Source: Mobula hypostoma (taxonomy: Eukaryota). Taken from it: 64,000 bases of DNA. The DNA lies in NCBI RefSeq assembly GCF_963921235.1, contig NC_086104.1, positions 4,588,001 to 4,652,000 on the forward strand. The letters run 5' to 3'. Positions 50,791-64,000 of the stretch are shown here, in pieces (positions within the stretch are counted from its first letter, which is position 1; every line of letters starts with the position of its first letter). The notes beneath the pieces were generated by a model, which was not told where the DNA came from, did no database searches, and saw only the letters and a program-made list of their open reading frames with translations. The position numbers were made by a program, and so were the translations under genes.

Positions 50791-53700
50791 ATCATACCCT
50801 TGTCATTTTCACTTTGTGAAGAAGTCTTTGGATGTTCATTCAATCTACGCTTCTTATGATCTTGTACATTTCAATCAATTCACATTTTATCATCCTCTGC
50901 TCCAAAGCAAAAAAGCCCTAGCTTGCTCAATTTATCTTCATAAAACTGCCCCTTAATCCAGGTAGCATTCTGTTAAATCTCCTCTGCACGTTTTCTAAAG
51001 CTTCCACGTGCTTCCAGATTAAAGACAATATTCCATGTGTGCTTGAACTGCAGTTTTAGAGATCTGCAGCATTATCTCACAGCTCTTGAACTTAACTCCT
51101 GAGTAATGAAGGCCACCACATCATGTCCATTTTCTCCAGCATTTTTCTGTTCCGGTACAGTTTGTTGCTGTATGCTTGCTCACTCATTACTCTGTACACA
51201 CCCCTCAGACAGATCGGCTGAAATTAACAAGAAGTGACTCCTCCTCCCTCTCAGGTGGACCAACATCATAGACCCTCCTGGACAGCACCTATTTCAGATA
51301 ATCCCTTTGCTGTCCTCCAGCGCCCCCCACCCCCCACCACCACACACACACACACACATCTCTTCTCTGTTCTGAAGAAGGGCCTTCGACTAGAAACGTT
51401 ATCGGTTTCCTAACCTGCTGGGTGTTTCCAACAATCTCCATCTTCTGAAGGAAAATGAACTTTCTAAGATAGCAACTCATATTGTAACTTGAAATTAAGG
51501 GGATGTATTAAGGGATTGCAGGATAGAGATACCTCTCTGCCCTGCAGGTCACTCTTGGGTAATATATAGCAGCTGCTTTGCCCCGCTCAGTGCCACATGA
51601 AGCCGAGGAAGCAGGTGGTGGATGGTGGTATGAACAGCTGGTGCTTATCACAAGTCCAGGTTATGCGAACACTGACACCAGGCAGGCAATCTCTGAAGAG
51701 TATTGATAATGGGGCCACCTGTCTTGTAAAGACACTGCCCAGAAGAAAGCAATGGCAAACCAGTACTGTAGAAATATTTGCCAAGAGCATTCATGGCCAA
51801 CAGGTGGAAGACAATGATCGCTCACGTCATATGACATGGCACATAATGATGATGATTAAGAGCTAATGCAGTTATTGTGTAAATCACCAGGTCGACCCCA
51901 GCAGTATAAAGAACTGAAGAAGACCATTCATCACATTATGTCTATGCTGCTAATTGGAATCTCTAAAATTATTTACATATGTGCTCTTCAGCTAGACTTT
52001 CTTTTTTAAGTATTTGTCCAATTTCCCCTTGGAAGTCACTCAGCTACACCCTGGATGAAGCTGGTACTTGTTTATCCTGCACACGGACCCATTATCAAGA
52101 AAATCCTGTCGGGGCAGATATCTGGTGCAAGCGAATGGGAGCACAGACGGGATGTGGGAATATTCACACTTAGTATATCATATGGGGATCTTAACCCAAC
52201 TATTACCAGTGAAAACTGTTACCCGGGACAAGGATGACCACGAAGAGAGTGAGGAGTTTGAGGTCACGATGGGACTGTTGACATCAATATGCAAAGATGC
52301 AATGCAGCAGCATTACAGGAACGGAGTAGCATGTTAGCAGCATTCATAAGAAATATGAATGAAACAAATTATGTACCAAGGGAGAACACAAAGAGAATAA
52401 GGATAGAGCTCATTTTAGTGCAAAGTGTTCAATGTATTGCAAACCTGTAGTGTCTAGGGTTCAACCAAATGGTTAAAGAAAGTAGCTGGTCAGGACTATG
52501 GTCATATGGGATGTTAGACTTATGCACCTGTAATGAAAATATTTTAAAATTTGTTCCATTCTTTTTCTGATTCAGCAAGAGACATTCGCGTATGTATTCG
52601 CAAGCAAAGGATGCATTATACCGGTGTTAAACTGCAAGGAATCACTTTAATGGAATTATCTAAAACCTGCGATGCAAAATGAAACCAAATAGTCCATGAC
52701 GTGGCAGTACAGAGAGAAAACTATTATTTATTCACTGAATGGGCTGATCAGCAGAATGCCCGAGGGATTTGCAGACCCAAAACTTTTCATGCATCTTTCT
52801 TTCCCCTCTCTCCTCTCCCCTTGTCTTTTTCACCAACCCTTAGAACTACCATTACCTATTAGCCAGCCTAAGAATATATTTCCTTCTGCATAAAAAATTG
52901 TCTCCCTTTCTATACCCAACTAAATGCATACCAGTAGCCCTTTCCACCAATAAGGGGCCATTTGTTGCTGGGGCCTGCAGAGTAATCTCAACTTCCTTAG
53001 ATCTATTCATTTTTGCCAACCCTTAAGATTTATACTCCTCTTACTTTCTCAAAATAATCTGACTCCAGGCTATGCTGTTTTGCCAGAAAGAGTTCCATTT
53101 TAATTTAGCAGATAGCAAGGAGGAATAACATTTAAATCTTTATTCAGAGTACCCCTGCCAGATGATAGCTGCAAGAAGGTATCACAATCCAAACTATGGG
53201 TATCTTGGATGATTTTATTTATTTTATTTAGAGATGTAGCATGAAACAGGCCCTCCTGGCCCAACGAGCCCTGGCGCCCAGCATTTATCCTGAGCCAAAT
53301 CACAGGACAGTTTACAATGACCAATTAACCCTCTAACTGTGGGTGCAGACTGCAGCATCCCGAGGAAACCCATAAGCTCACGGGAAGAACGTACAAGCTT
53401 CCTTATTGTTCGTGCAGCTTTGGGGCAGGGAGATGAAGGCACCGAGGCCAGTGAAGGTTGTTGGTGTTGGTCAGTGGGGATGGCGGGTGATTTAGGAGTT
53501 GGTGAAGAGTTGGGAAGGTCAGTTTGATGGAGGTGCAGTGAGCTTACTATGGGGGTGGGAGCAGGATGAGGTCAGTGGGATGAAGGAGTGATTCATGGGA
53601 AGGTAATGATGTGGGAGGACGGTCTGTGGGTGAAGGGCTAGTATGGGTTTGGAAAGGAGGATGTTGGTGGGTGTGAGGTCACAATGGGGTACGGATTGTT

Positions 53701-55910
53701 ATTGCCCTGTTTCCAAGACTGTCTTACTCTTGGCTTTTGGGCAATCAGCAAATGCGTGCCTGGCTGTGGGGCTCTTCCACTCCCTTTCCGGTGGGCAGTG
53801 CCTGTTGATAAAAACAGGAGCGGTGAATTCGACCCCTGGACCTGTTCCACTGTTCATCAAAAGCACGGCTGATCTTCCACCTCCTGCAACATCCCCACAT
53901 TTCCCACTCACTAGTAGCCTAAAATAAGCAATCAATGCTCTGATTTGACTCCGTGACTGAATTTACTAAGGTCCACCACTTTCTGAATGATACGTGAAAC
54001 AGAACAATGCAGCAGGGCAACATGCCTTTAAGCCAACAACGTCCGGTCAGAATTACTTGTGATTTCATTGACATATGGTGTGAAATGTGTTGCTCTGTGG
54101 CAGTGCAATAGATACAAATATTATAAATTCTAGTAATAAATATGTGTTAGATAAATAAATAGTGAAAAAAGAACAGAATATTGCAATAGTGTTCATGGAT
54201 CATGGATCGTTCAGAAATCTGATTGCAAAGGGAAGTTATACTATATGTGCGTCCGGAGACTCCTGGGAGCAATGATGAGAGGGCATGTTATGGATGTTGA
54301 GGGTCCTTCGTGATGGATGCCGCCTTATTGAGGCTTCGCCTTTTGAAGATGTCCTCGGTGGTGGAGAGCGTTGCGCCCGAGAGGGATCTGGGTGAATCTA
54401 CAACTCTCTGCAGACATTTCACAAACTGTGCAATGGCATCTCCATGAGAGACGGTGATACAAGAAGTTCGAATACTCTCCACGAAACAGCTGTAGAAGTT
54501 TGCTAGAGTCTTTGGGAACTTACTAAACCTCCTCAAAGTTCGAATGAAGTATAGCCGCAGACATCGGTGCAACATTATGTTAGGCCCAGGATAGATCTGA
54601 CTGCTTGTAGTGTCGTTTGCCGAGCTTGGAGACAAGGTCGCAAACGTTTCGTCAGCAGTGGAGGTGCGTAATTGACTGTTCTTTCTGCCGAGTACTGGTG
54701 GTTATATTGGTTCAGCTCTTTGTTCTGATTGGTTGGCTATCGCTCCGGCCACCAGTCTCCTGCCAACCGGACAACTGAGTGATCTCTGCTGACCCATATC
54801 CCAGGTAGTTGAGAGCGTTGGTTCCTGGGATGTCCGCGATCCTGCAGGCGCATCTGAATAGATTCGGATATTAATACCAAGGAACTCGAAACTTCTTACC
54901 CTCTCCATTACTGACCAGTTGACGAAAACTAGTGTGCTCTCCCAACTTTGCTGAAGTTCACAATCAGTTCCTTAGGTCCTTGGTCTTACTAACGTTGAAT
55001 GCAATATTGTTGTTGTGACATCACTCAACGTGATTGTATATCATGTTGTGATGCCGAATTAAACTAATTTCCTTTCCCCCTTTTCCCTGCGCATGACTCA
55101 TATCCCTTTATTCCTTGTATATTTACCTCTTAAACAGCCGGTCCCAGGTACTCACCAAAAAAATATCTACCCCACAAGCACGAGGAAATCTGCAGATGCT
55201 GGAAATTCACCCAACACACATTAAAGTTGCTGGTGAACGCAGCAGGCCAGGCAGCATCTCTAGGAAGAGGTACAGTCGAAGATTTGGGCCGAGACCCTTC
55301 ATCACGACTAACTGAAAGAAGAGCTAGTAAGAGATTTGAAAGTGGGAGGGGGAGGGGGAGATCCAAAATGATAGGAGAAGACAGGAGGGGGAGGGATGGA
55401 GTCAAGAGCTGGACAGATGATTGGCAAAAGGGATATGAGACGATCATGGGACAGGAGGCCCAGGGAGAAGGAAAGTGGCGGAGGGAAACCCAGAGGATGG
55501 GCAAGAGGTATAGTGAGAGGGACAGAGGGAGAAAAAGGAGAGAGAGAAAAAGAATGTGTGTATATAAATAAATAACGGATAGGGTACGAGGGGGAGGTGG
55601 GGCATTAGCGGAAGTTTTATAAATGAATAACGGATGGGGTACGAGGGTGTACCCCACAAGTCTCACCATAAAACAGCCGATCTAGTACTAGACATTTCAC
55701 CTTTGCGGGAAAAGACACCAACTGTTTGTTTATACTTCTCAATATTTTATAAACCATTATCATGTCTCAGTTTGGTCTCTGGTACTCCCGAGAAAATAAC
55801 TCATTTATCTAAACTTGCTCTTGCTCAGAGGGTCCTATAATCTTATAAACTTGCCCAAACGTTCTAATCCAGGCAGTGTTCTGGTAAACTTCGCCTGAAC
55901 CCTCTCAAAA

Positions 55911-56998
55911 CAGACAGGAAGCAAAGAGTGGGAATAAACGGGACCTTTTCAGAATGGCAGGCGGTGACTAGTGGGGTACCGCAAGGCTCAGTGCTGGGAC
56001 CCCAGTTGTTTACAATATATATTAATGACTTGGATGAGGGAATTAAATGCAGCATCTCCAAGTTTGCGGATGACACGAAGCTTGGCGGCAGTGTTAGCAG
56101 TGAGGAGGATGCTAAGAGGATGCAGGGTGACTTGGATAGGTTGGGTGAGTGGGCAAACTCATGGCAGATGCAATTTAATGTGGATAAATGTGAAGTTATC
56201 CACTTTGGTGGCAAAAATAGGAAAACAGATTATTATCTGAATGGTGGCCGATTAGGAAAAGGGGAGGTGCAACGAGACCTGGGTGTCATTATACACCAGT
56301 CATTGAAAGTGGGCATGCAGGTACAGCAGGCGGTGAAAAAGGCGAATGGTATGCTGGCATTTATAGCGAGAGGATTCGAGTACAGGAGCAGGGAGGTACT
56401 ACTGCAGTTGTACAAGGCCTTGGTGAGACCACACCTGGAGTATTGTGTGCAGTTTTGGTCCCCTAATCTGAGGAAAGACATCTTTGCCATAGAGGGAGTA
56501 CAAAGAAGGTTCACTAGATTGATTCCTGGGATGGCAGGACTTTCATATGAAGAAAGACTGGATGAACTCGGCTTGTACTCGTTGGAATTTAGAAGATTGA
56601 GGGGGTATCTGATTGAAACGTATAAGATCCTAAAGGGATTGGACAGGCTAGATGCAGGAAGATTGTTCCCGATGTTGAGTAAGTCCAGAACGAGGGGTCA
56701 CAGTTTGAGGATAAAGGGGAAGCCTTTTAGGACCGAGATTAGGAAAAACTTCTTCACACAGAGAGTGGTGAATCTGTGGAATTCTCTGCCACAGGAAACT
56801 GTTGAGGCCAGTTCATTGGCTATGTTTAAGAGGGAATTAGATATGGCCCTTGTGGCTACAGGGGTCAGGGGGTATGGAGGGAAGGCTGGGGCGGGGTTCT
56901 GAGTTGGATGATCAGCCATGATCATAATAAATGGCGGTGCAGGCTCGAAGGGCCGAATGGCCTACTTCTGCACCTATCTTCTATGTTTCTATGTTTCT
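55911..56998 (+). mobile_element. Young 5'-truncated CR1 (copy 3 of 3) with intact 324-aa RT C-terminal ORF, TSD AAAA
   Basis: ORF 55928-56902: SGVPQGSVLGP..SKFADDTKLGG..RPHLEYC. AAAA at 55907-55910 and 56999-57002, inside an older - strand CR1. Confidence 0.95.
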
Positions 56999-57257
56999 AA
57001 AAGCCGCTACATCCTTCCTGAAATGGAGCAACAACCAGAAATCACTCGGTACTCCAAGTACAGCCTATTCAAAGTTTTATACAACTGCAACATAACTTCC
57101 TCACTCATATTCAAAGCCCCAATTAATGAAGGTGATCTATCACTTGCACAATATGTACACTTTCAGGGAACTATCGACTGAGACTTCAGAGGAACATACA
57201 TTCCTCTGTATGTTAAGCTGTTAAGGGCCCTTTCATTAACAGTGTACTTTTCCCATA

Positions 57258-57750
57258 CGCTCAGTGGCCTCTGAGTGTATATGTTCATGGTTTTCTGCTG
57301 CTGTAATCCATCACTTCAAGGTTCGACATGCTGGGCGTTCAGAGGTGCATTTCTGCATGTAACTGTTATAATTTGTGGTCATTTGAGTTACTGATGCCTT
57401 CCTGTCAGCTTGAACAAGTCTGGCAATCTTTGTCTGACCTCGCTCATTAACAAAGCATTTTCCCACACAGAAATGCCGTTCACGGGATGATTTTTTTTTT
57501 GTAACATGTTTTGTAAACTCCAGTTGCTGTGTGTGGAAATCCCAGGAGGTCAGCTGTTTTTGAGGTACTCAAACTACTCCTTTTGGCATCAATAATCATT
57601 CCAAGTTCAAAGTAATTTAGATCGTATTTCTTCCCCGATCTGAAATTCATTCACCATTACTGCATGTTTTTATATATCGAGTTCCTGCCACATGATTGGC
57701 TAATTATATATTTGCATTAACGAGCGGATGTATAGGTGTACCTAATACCT
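57258..57750 (-). mobile_element. Tc1-derived deletion element with transposase HTH remnant
   Basis: - strand GKKYDLNYFELGMIIDAKRSSLSTSKTADLLGF. Ends carry CTCAGTGGCC and GGTGTACCTAAT TIR pieces. Confidence 0.75.
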
Positions 57751-59149
57751 AATTGTATTTCCCATTATTACCTGTATATTCATGTGCCTATCAACAACCT
57801 CTTAAACACAAACACCGTTATCATATCCATCAACACCCCCATGCCTGTTTCAGACTCGCACCACTATGTAAAAATAATTTGTCGCATGCATCTCACCTTA
57901 AACAGAAATGCTCCAATTTAGACATTTCAGTCTTGGTGTGGGGGGAGATATACCAACTGTCTGGCCGTGCCTTTCACATACACTTATGAACTTCCACCAG
58001 GTCCCCTTAGCCTCTGATGCTCCACCAAACACAGTGCTAGGACGCCCAACCTCTCCTTATAGCTTCGACTCAGGCAGCATCATGGTAAACCACTTCTGCA
58101 CTCTCTCCAAAGCAGCTACATCCTTCCTGTCATAGGCTGATGGGAAATGTATCCGATTTTCCCTGTAGTCCAATCAAAGTTTTGAAGAGCTGCAACATGG
58201 CTTTTGGACCTAATGATGGCAATCTCTCATCCTTTCTCCGTGTGTGTCCACTTTCAGTGAGCTATTCACTTGGTCCCCAAGATGTTAATGCTAGTAAGGG
58301 TCCTGCCATTAACTTTATTATTCCCCCATAAATTAGATTTCTCAAAGTTCAACAGACACAAAATTTTGGAAGAACTCAACAGGTCGGGCAGTCACGGTGA
58401 GGGCTTTTGGTCGAAAACGTTTACTGTTTATTTCTTTCCAGGGATGCTGTCTGGCTTGCTGAGTTCCTCCAGCACTTTGTATGTGTTACCCTGACTCTCA
58501 AGTCCTGAAAGCCTCCATTTTCGAATCTGTCTCCTTTGTTGCCTTATATTTGGACAATGCTTTGGTACATCCTGCTCCCAAGAAGGGATCGCCTCTTTGG
58601 AATCAAAATGAAACAAGGGCACAGTCTCCGAATCAGAATAAATATCCTGCATTGTACTCAGTGAGCTGACCGCACAAGGGAGTCTTTCTCACCCTCCCAC
58701 CATCCCTGGTCAGACAGCTCATTGATATTCACCCGCACTCCACAGCAGGCCCATTGTCTGTGGTGTTGCTAAGCTGAAGTGAACCAATCGGCACCCGTTT
58801 ACTCCAAATGCTGGTGTGTTTTGGATTTGTGTGAAGATTGAGGGATGGGAAGCAGAAGGAAGGTGCATTAGGGGACATACTGGTATAAAATGACAGGCAG
58901 AAAGGTACAAGGGACCATGATGTTCTGCTGACTCCACTTCCCAAAGCCTGTCAGACTATAAGAACACAAGAAATAGGAGTAAAATTGGACCAGTCGAGTC
59001 TACTCCACCATTTCATCATGGCTGATTTATTAGCCCTCTCAACTCTATTCTTCTGCCTTCTCCACGTGAGCTTTGGTGCTCTGACTAATCAAGAACCTAT
59101 CATCCTCCACTTTAATTATATGTAGTGATGTGGCCTCCACAACCATCTG

Positions 59150-60620
59150 TGGCAAAGTGGAAGACACAAGCAGCATGGTGGAAGTTCCAGGAGTCAGGTG
59201 TCATGAAGTGTGTGAAGTTCCCATTACTAGGCAGAAGATTCTTGGGAAACAGAAAGGTCTGAAGGTGGGTAAGTCAGATGGTGTACACCCCAGTGATCTG
59301 AAAGAGGTGGCTGAAGAGATTGAGGAGGAATCGGTAATGATCTTTCAAGAATGAATTGATTCTGCAATGGTTGTGGAAGACTGCAAAACTGCAAGTGCCA
59401 CTCCATTTTTCAAGAAGGGTGAAAGGCAAGAGAATAGAAATTATAGGCCAATTAGTCTGACCTCAGTGTTGGGAAGATATTGGAGTCAATTGTTATGGAT
59501 GTGGTTTTGGGGTACTTGAAGGCACATGATAAAATGGGCCATAGGTAGCATGGTTTCCTCAAGGGAAAATATTGCCTTACAAATCTGTTGCAATTATTTG
59601 AAGAAATAACAAGCAGGATAGACACAGGAGAATTGAAGGATGTTGTATACTTGGATTTTCAAAAGGCAAGGTTCCACACATGAGGATACACAACAAGTTA
59701 CAAGCCCACAGTATTACAGGAAAGATTCTAGAATGGATAAATCAGTAACTGACTGGCAGGATGCAAAGAATGGGAATAAAGGGAGCCTTTTCCGATTGGT
59801 TGCCAGTGACTAGTGGTGTTACACAGGGGTGTATGTTGGGACTGATTCTTTTCACAAAGAAATGGCAGATGGAATACAGGGTTGGGAAGGGTATAGTTGG
59901 GCACTTTGATAGAAGAAATGTAAGGGGTGACTATTTTCTAAATATTGAGAAAATACAAAAATCACAAGGGCAAATGGACTTGGGTGTGCATGTATACACT
60001 CCCTAAGTTAATTTGCATGTTGAGTCTGTGGTGAGGAAGGCAAATGTGATGGTAGCATTCATTTCAAGAATATTAAAATATAAAAGAAAGGGTGCAATGC
60101 TGCAATTTTATAAAGAAGTGGTGAGCACTCTTTTGGTGCTTTGTGAGCAGTCTTGGGCCCCTCATCTTTGAAAGGATGTTCTCAAACTAGAGAGGGTTCA
60201 AAGGAGATTCAGAAAAATCATTCTTATTTGAACAGTGTGTCTTATAAAGAATGTTGGATGGCTTTGGGCCTATGTTCACTGGAATTTTGAAGATTGAAAG
60301 ATGACTTGAATGGAACCTATTGAGTGGTGAAATGCTTTGATAGAGTGGATGCAGAGAGATGTTTCCTATGGCAGGAGAGTCTAAGCCCAGATGACACAGC
60401 CTCAAAATAGAGGAGTGTCCTTTTAGAATGGTGATCAGGAGGAATTTCTTTAATCAGAGTTGTGAATCTGTGGAATTCTTTGCCACAGGCAGCCGTGGAG
60501 GCTATCTATGTATATTTAAGGTAGAGGTTGATAAATTCTTTATTGCTCAGGGCATGAAGGTATGCAGGGAGAAGGCTGGAGTTTGGGGCTGAGAAGAAAA
60601 ATGGATTGGCCATGATTCTA
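59150..60620 (+). mobile_element. Decayed CR1 LINE RT to 3' end
   Basis: NYRPISLTSV, YLDFQKA and VTSGVTQG, followed by the CR1 tail. Confidence 0.8.
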
Positions 60621-60794
60621 TGTCTTATGGTCTTATGAATTCCATATATTCACCACCATTTCTACAGTGCCTATTAAAAGTATTCACTCCCCCTTGGAAG
60701 TGTAGATTTAATTTTTTCCGCACAGATCAACAGAAAAGATTCTTTTGCATTAAAGTGAAAACACTTTTCTACAGATTGGTCTAAATTTGTTACC

Positions 60795-62110
60795 TGGCTG
60801 GCGAACTGGCAGGACCTGGAGACGAAAGTCATGGCCCAGCTTCAGTGATGGTCAGGCCTTCTCAGGGTGCTTTCCTATCGAGGCAGAGTGGTGGTCATAA
60901 ACCAGATGGTAGCCTCCAAGTTGTGGTACCAGATGGTCACCTTGGCCCCTCCTGCCTCCTTTGTCGCAAGAATGCAGAGGATGTTAATGGATTTCTTCTG
61001 GGGTAACAGGAAACACTGGGTCTCTGCAGCGGTGTTGAGTCTCCCAGTGGGAGAGGGCAGACAGTCGTTGGTGTGTGTACACACGCGACTGGCAGCTCTC
61101 CGCATCAGGACCCTGCAGAGATTCCTGTATGCCAAGCACCCCCTCCCCCCAGATGGTACATGTTGGCGACTTTCTTCCTCCAGACAGGCTGCTGTCTTCA
61201 CAAAGATATGGAGCCACCACCGGTGAACATCAGCCATGCTGCTTTGCAGAGTCTGCCCGGCTTCTATCAGGACCTACTGAAAGTCTGGAACATGGTTGCC
61301 TCAGGCCAGGAATCCTCTCCTCTGGCAGAGGGCAGAGTTCTAGTTGACCCTTGCCCTGCCACAACGGATGTCAGTGCAGCTCAGGTGTGTGGAACGACTC
61401 AGGCTGAGCTGCTTGTCAGGCCCAGGCCCTGCAACCTTATCCGAGAGCTGAGTCCACACAACTTGAGCCGTCTCTCCTCGACACCCACAATCCCATTCAG
61501 GGATGCAAGTAGGAGGTACCTCTATGGGCTGCTGCTCCACACCCTCCACTTCCTTGCCCTTGTCCACCATCCTGACATGCCATGGTGGTCGGTCTTGCCA
61601 CCTGGAGGTGAAGGGAGTCCCCAGTGGAAGTTCCTTTATGAGGGAGTTCTTCCCATACACCTGGGGGATCTGGGGTGGAGGTTGCTGCGTACAGCGGTGA
61701 CTTGTAATAATTTTTTTAGTTCGTACACGGATCTCCCAGCCGCATGGCACTTCTGCAGGCTGGAAGAGACCATGTACCACATGTACATGGAGTGTGAGGC
61801 TGCAGCCCCTTTTTGAATATCTGCATGGGCTGCTTCTCACCTTCTGGTTGCATTTTAGCCCCACCCTATTTATACTGTGTCATGCCTACAGTACAGTCTC
61901 AACCCCCTATAACTGACCTCTTCATTAGTGTCCCCTGCTACATTACAGTGTCATCCTTATGTTACCTTGTCACCCTTACATTACTGTGCTGTCCCCCTCG
62001 TGTAATGCTGGTCTTTTTTCAGCTCCTCAGCGGAGAGGAGTGTGTACTGGGTCAAAGCCCTACAGAAGTTGGGTGAACAGATAAAAGCAGCGGATTCGGG
62101 CAAGGCTAGA
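60795..62110 (+). mobile_element. Tx1-clade (L1-Tx1) LINE ORF2 C-terminal fragment
   Basis: LSYRGRVVVINQMVASKLWY..FFWGNRKHWV..GRQSL and C-terminal zinc-knuckle HFCRLEETMYHMYMEC. Preceded by a short Tc1 end (TACAGTGCC at about 60663). Confidence 0.85.
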
Positions 62111-62249
62111 CTCTTTACACTGTGCAGGCACAGTGTTGGCATCGAAGACCTACCAAACCTAGGAGAGGAATAATAAGAAGAGCAGACCTGGGTAAAGCTG
62201 GTCTTTCTTCGATGTCTCTGGTGAGCGGAGTATCTATCGGGTCAGCGCC

Positions 62250-63607
62250 CTGTAGAGGTTGACAGAAAGGATAAAAGGAGCAGAGGATTGCAAAGCCAGT
62301 CATTTTGGACTACACATGAGCAGAAAGTGGCACTGTCAGAGGCCTAATTTCAGCTGCAAATAAAAGCAGGGAAGGCTCAGACCCAGTGGCCATTGTTCAA
62401 GTGTGCCAGTGATAGCCTGTGAAGGCTTTGGCGTGAACAGGTGAAGGCACAGTTAAGAGGCAAGCCTTTCTTTTTTTTGGTATAGAGTAGTCAGAATAGA
62501 ATGCTCCTGTCAGAAACAGGAATTTGGGAAACACGGTTTCCCTGACAGCTACATCTGTTGGAAGTGCACTCACCTTCAGCACCTGACTGACCAGGACAAG
62601 GAATTGGAGCTGGAATTGGATGTACTCAGGATCATTCAGGAGGCTGAAGGTATTACAGACAAGACTTGTGAAGAGGTGGTTACACCAATAGTACATGCTT
62701 CGGACAGTTGATGGGTGACTACCAGAAGTAAGGGGTTTAAGAAGTCAGTGCAGGGCTCCCTGTGGCCACACTTCAACAAGTATACCCTTTGGATACTGCT
62801 GAGCACTAGATGACCCAGGTTATGTCTGCAGCTGCCAGGCTAGTGCCACTGTGGCCAGCTCTGAGCTTTGACAGGGAAGGATACATTCAAGCAGTGCAGG
62901 AATTATAGGGGACTCAATAGCTAGGGGGACAGAAGGATAATCTGTGGCCGCAAAAGGGCCATCAGCATGGCGCGTTGAATCTGGGCTGCTGTCGTCCATG
63001 ATATATTGGAATGTTTGCAGGATATTCTCAAAGGGGAGGGTGAACAGTCAGAAGTTGTGGTGCACATTGGCACCAATGACATAGGCAGAAGAGGGGAAGA
63101 GGTCCTACTCAGTGACTATATAGAGTAGAAAAGAGACTGAGGAGAAAGACCTCCAAGGTTATAATTTCCAGATTACTCCCTGAGCCATGGGCTAGTGCAG
63201 GTTGGAATGGGGTGGTAGCACGGGTGAATGAGTGGCTGGAGATGGTGCAGGGGACAGAGTTTCAAGTCCTTGGATCATTGGAACCTTTTCTTGAGAAGTA
63301 AGGACTTGGACAAGAGGGACTGGTTGCCATGAACTAAAGGGGAGGCAATATCCTGGCCTAGAGGTTTACTGATGCTCCTTTGGAGAGTTAAAATAGTCTT
63401 GCAGGGGGCTGGGAACCACAGCCCCGGGTTAGTAAGGGAAGGATTAGACCAGAAGGTAGATATCAGGGAAAATATTGAAAGACAAAACAGGTATGATGGA
63501 TCAGATTGTTTGAAATGTGGAGATTTTAATGCTGAGAGTATTATGGATAAGGGTGATGAACTTAGAGCATGATCAGTGCAGGGAACTATGTTATTGCAGC
63601 CATTACT
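62250..63607 (+). mobile_element. CR1 LINE 5' region (ORF1 zinc-finger/esterase and start of endonuclease), decayed
   Basis: GDSIARG..VVVHIGTNDIGR..RWCRGQSF.VLDHW, then YFNAESIMDKGDELRA. Confidence 0.8.
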
Positions 63608-64000
63608 TGTCGCAAGGACGTGGCTGGGGACGAACCCAAGTGCAGGACACAGATGCTCAGTCGTTAGGCGTAGCACCTCCGTGAACGGGGAGACGATATC
63701 CAGGAGACGATGCGAAGCTTAGAACTAACAGTTCTCAGGAATAGGAAACAAGGTTTACTCTGACAAGAGTCGACCAACGAACTGCCGGCTTCTTGCTGTG
63801 GTCTCAGGGTTTTTATCCTGCCGTTTGATGGGAAGCAGGTGCGTGTAGTTAGTGGTACTTGGGAATGATTGGAATTTAAATTAGGAGATCGAGGCCCAAA
63901 TCATGATGAAAATGGCAAGGTGGGGGATTGCCAGACGAGACCATGACAGTAACACCCACCCCCCCCCACCCCCAAATGGGAGCCTCCAGGCGATCCTCCC
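63608..64000 (-). mobile_element. Gypsy-type element: 3' LTR (63608-63948) with polypurine tract; internal region runs off the window
   Basis: TG...CA boundaries (TGTCGC at 63608, CATGACA at 63948). On - strand GGGGGTGGGGGGGGGTGGGTGTTAC lies immediately before the LTR. It interrupts the CR1 endonuclease reading frame. Confidence 0.7.

Noticed and set aside
51979-52337. Overlapping short ORFs in non-repeat sequence
   Set aside because: No recognisable domain, no consistent splice sites and no single dominant frame.
55928-56902. 324-aa ORF as a host gene
   Set aside because: It is the 5'-truncated RT C-terminus of a young CR1 LINE.

Overview
Vertebrate genomic DNA, very repeat-rich. The repeats are CR1 LINEs with SGNH-esterase ORF1, Rex1/Babar, L1, Tx1, Dong/R4, Penelope tails, gypsy LTRs, Tc1/mariner elements and tRNA-derived SINEs. 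This spectrum points to a cartilaginous fish, probably a ray (inference). Two host genes are supported by splice-site and frame analysis. (1) On the - strand at about 0.2-4.5 kb is a non-rearranging Ig-superfamily receptor. It has two germline-joined V(J) exons and a transmembrane exon, all phase 1, and its cytoplasmic exons lie off the window. The second V exon has an in-frame TAA in its linker. (2) On the + strand at 45.8-49.3 kb are two large exons encoding at least 332 aa: a long coiled-coil, a central Gly/Pro hydrophobic hairpin and a second long coiled-coil. I do not recognise the family, and its first exon is probably in the CpG-rich region near 32-34 kb. There is also a ~350 bp inverted paralogous segment (5.5 kb vs 18.2 kb) with a frame-preserving indel. 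No CRISPR, rRNA or bona fide tRNA genes were seen.
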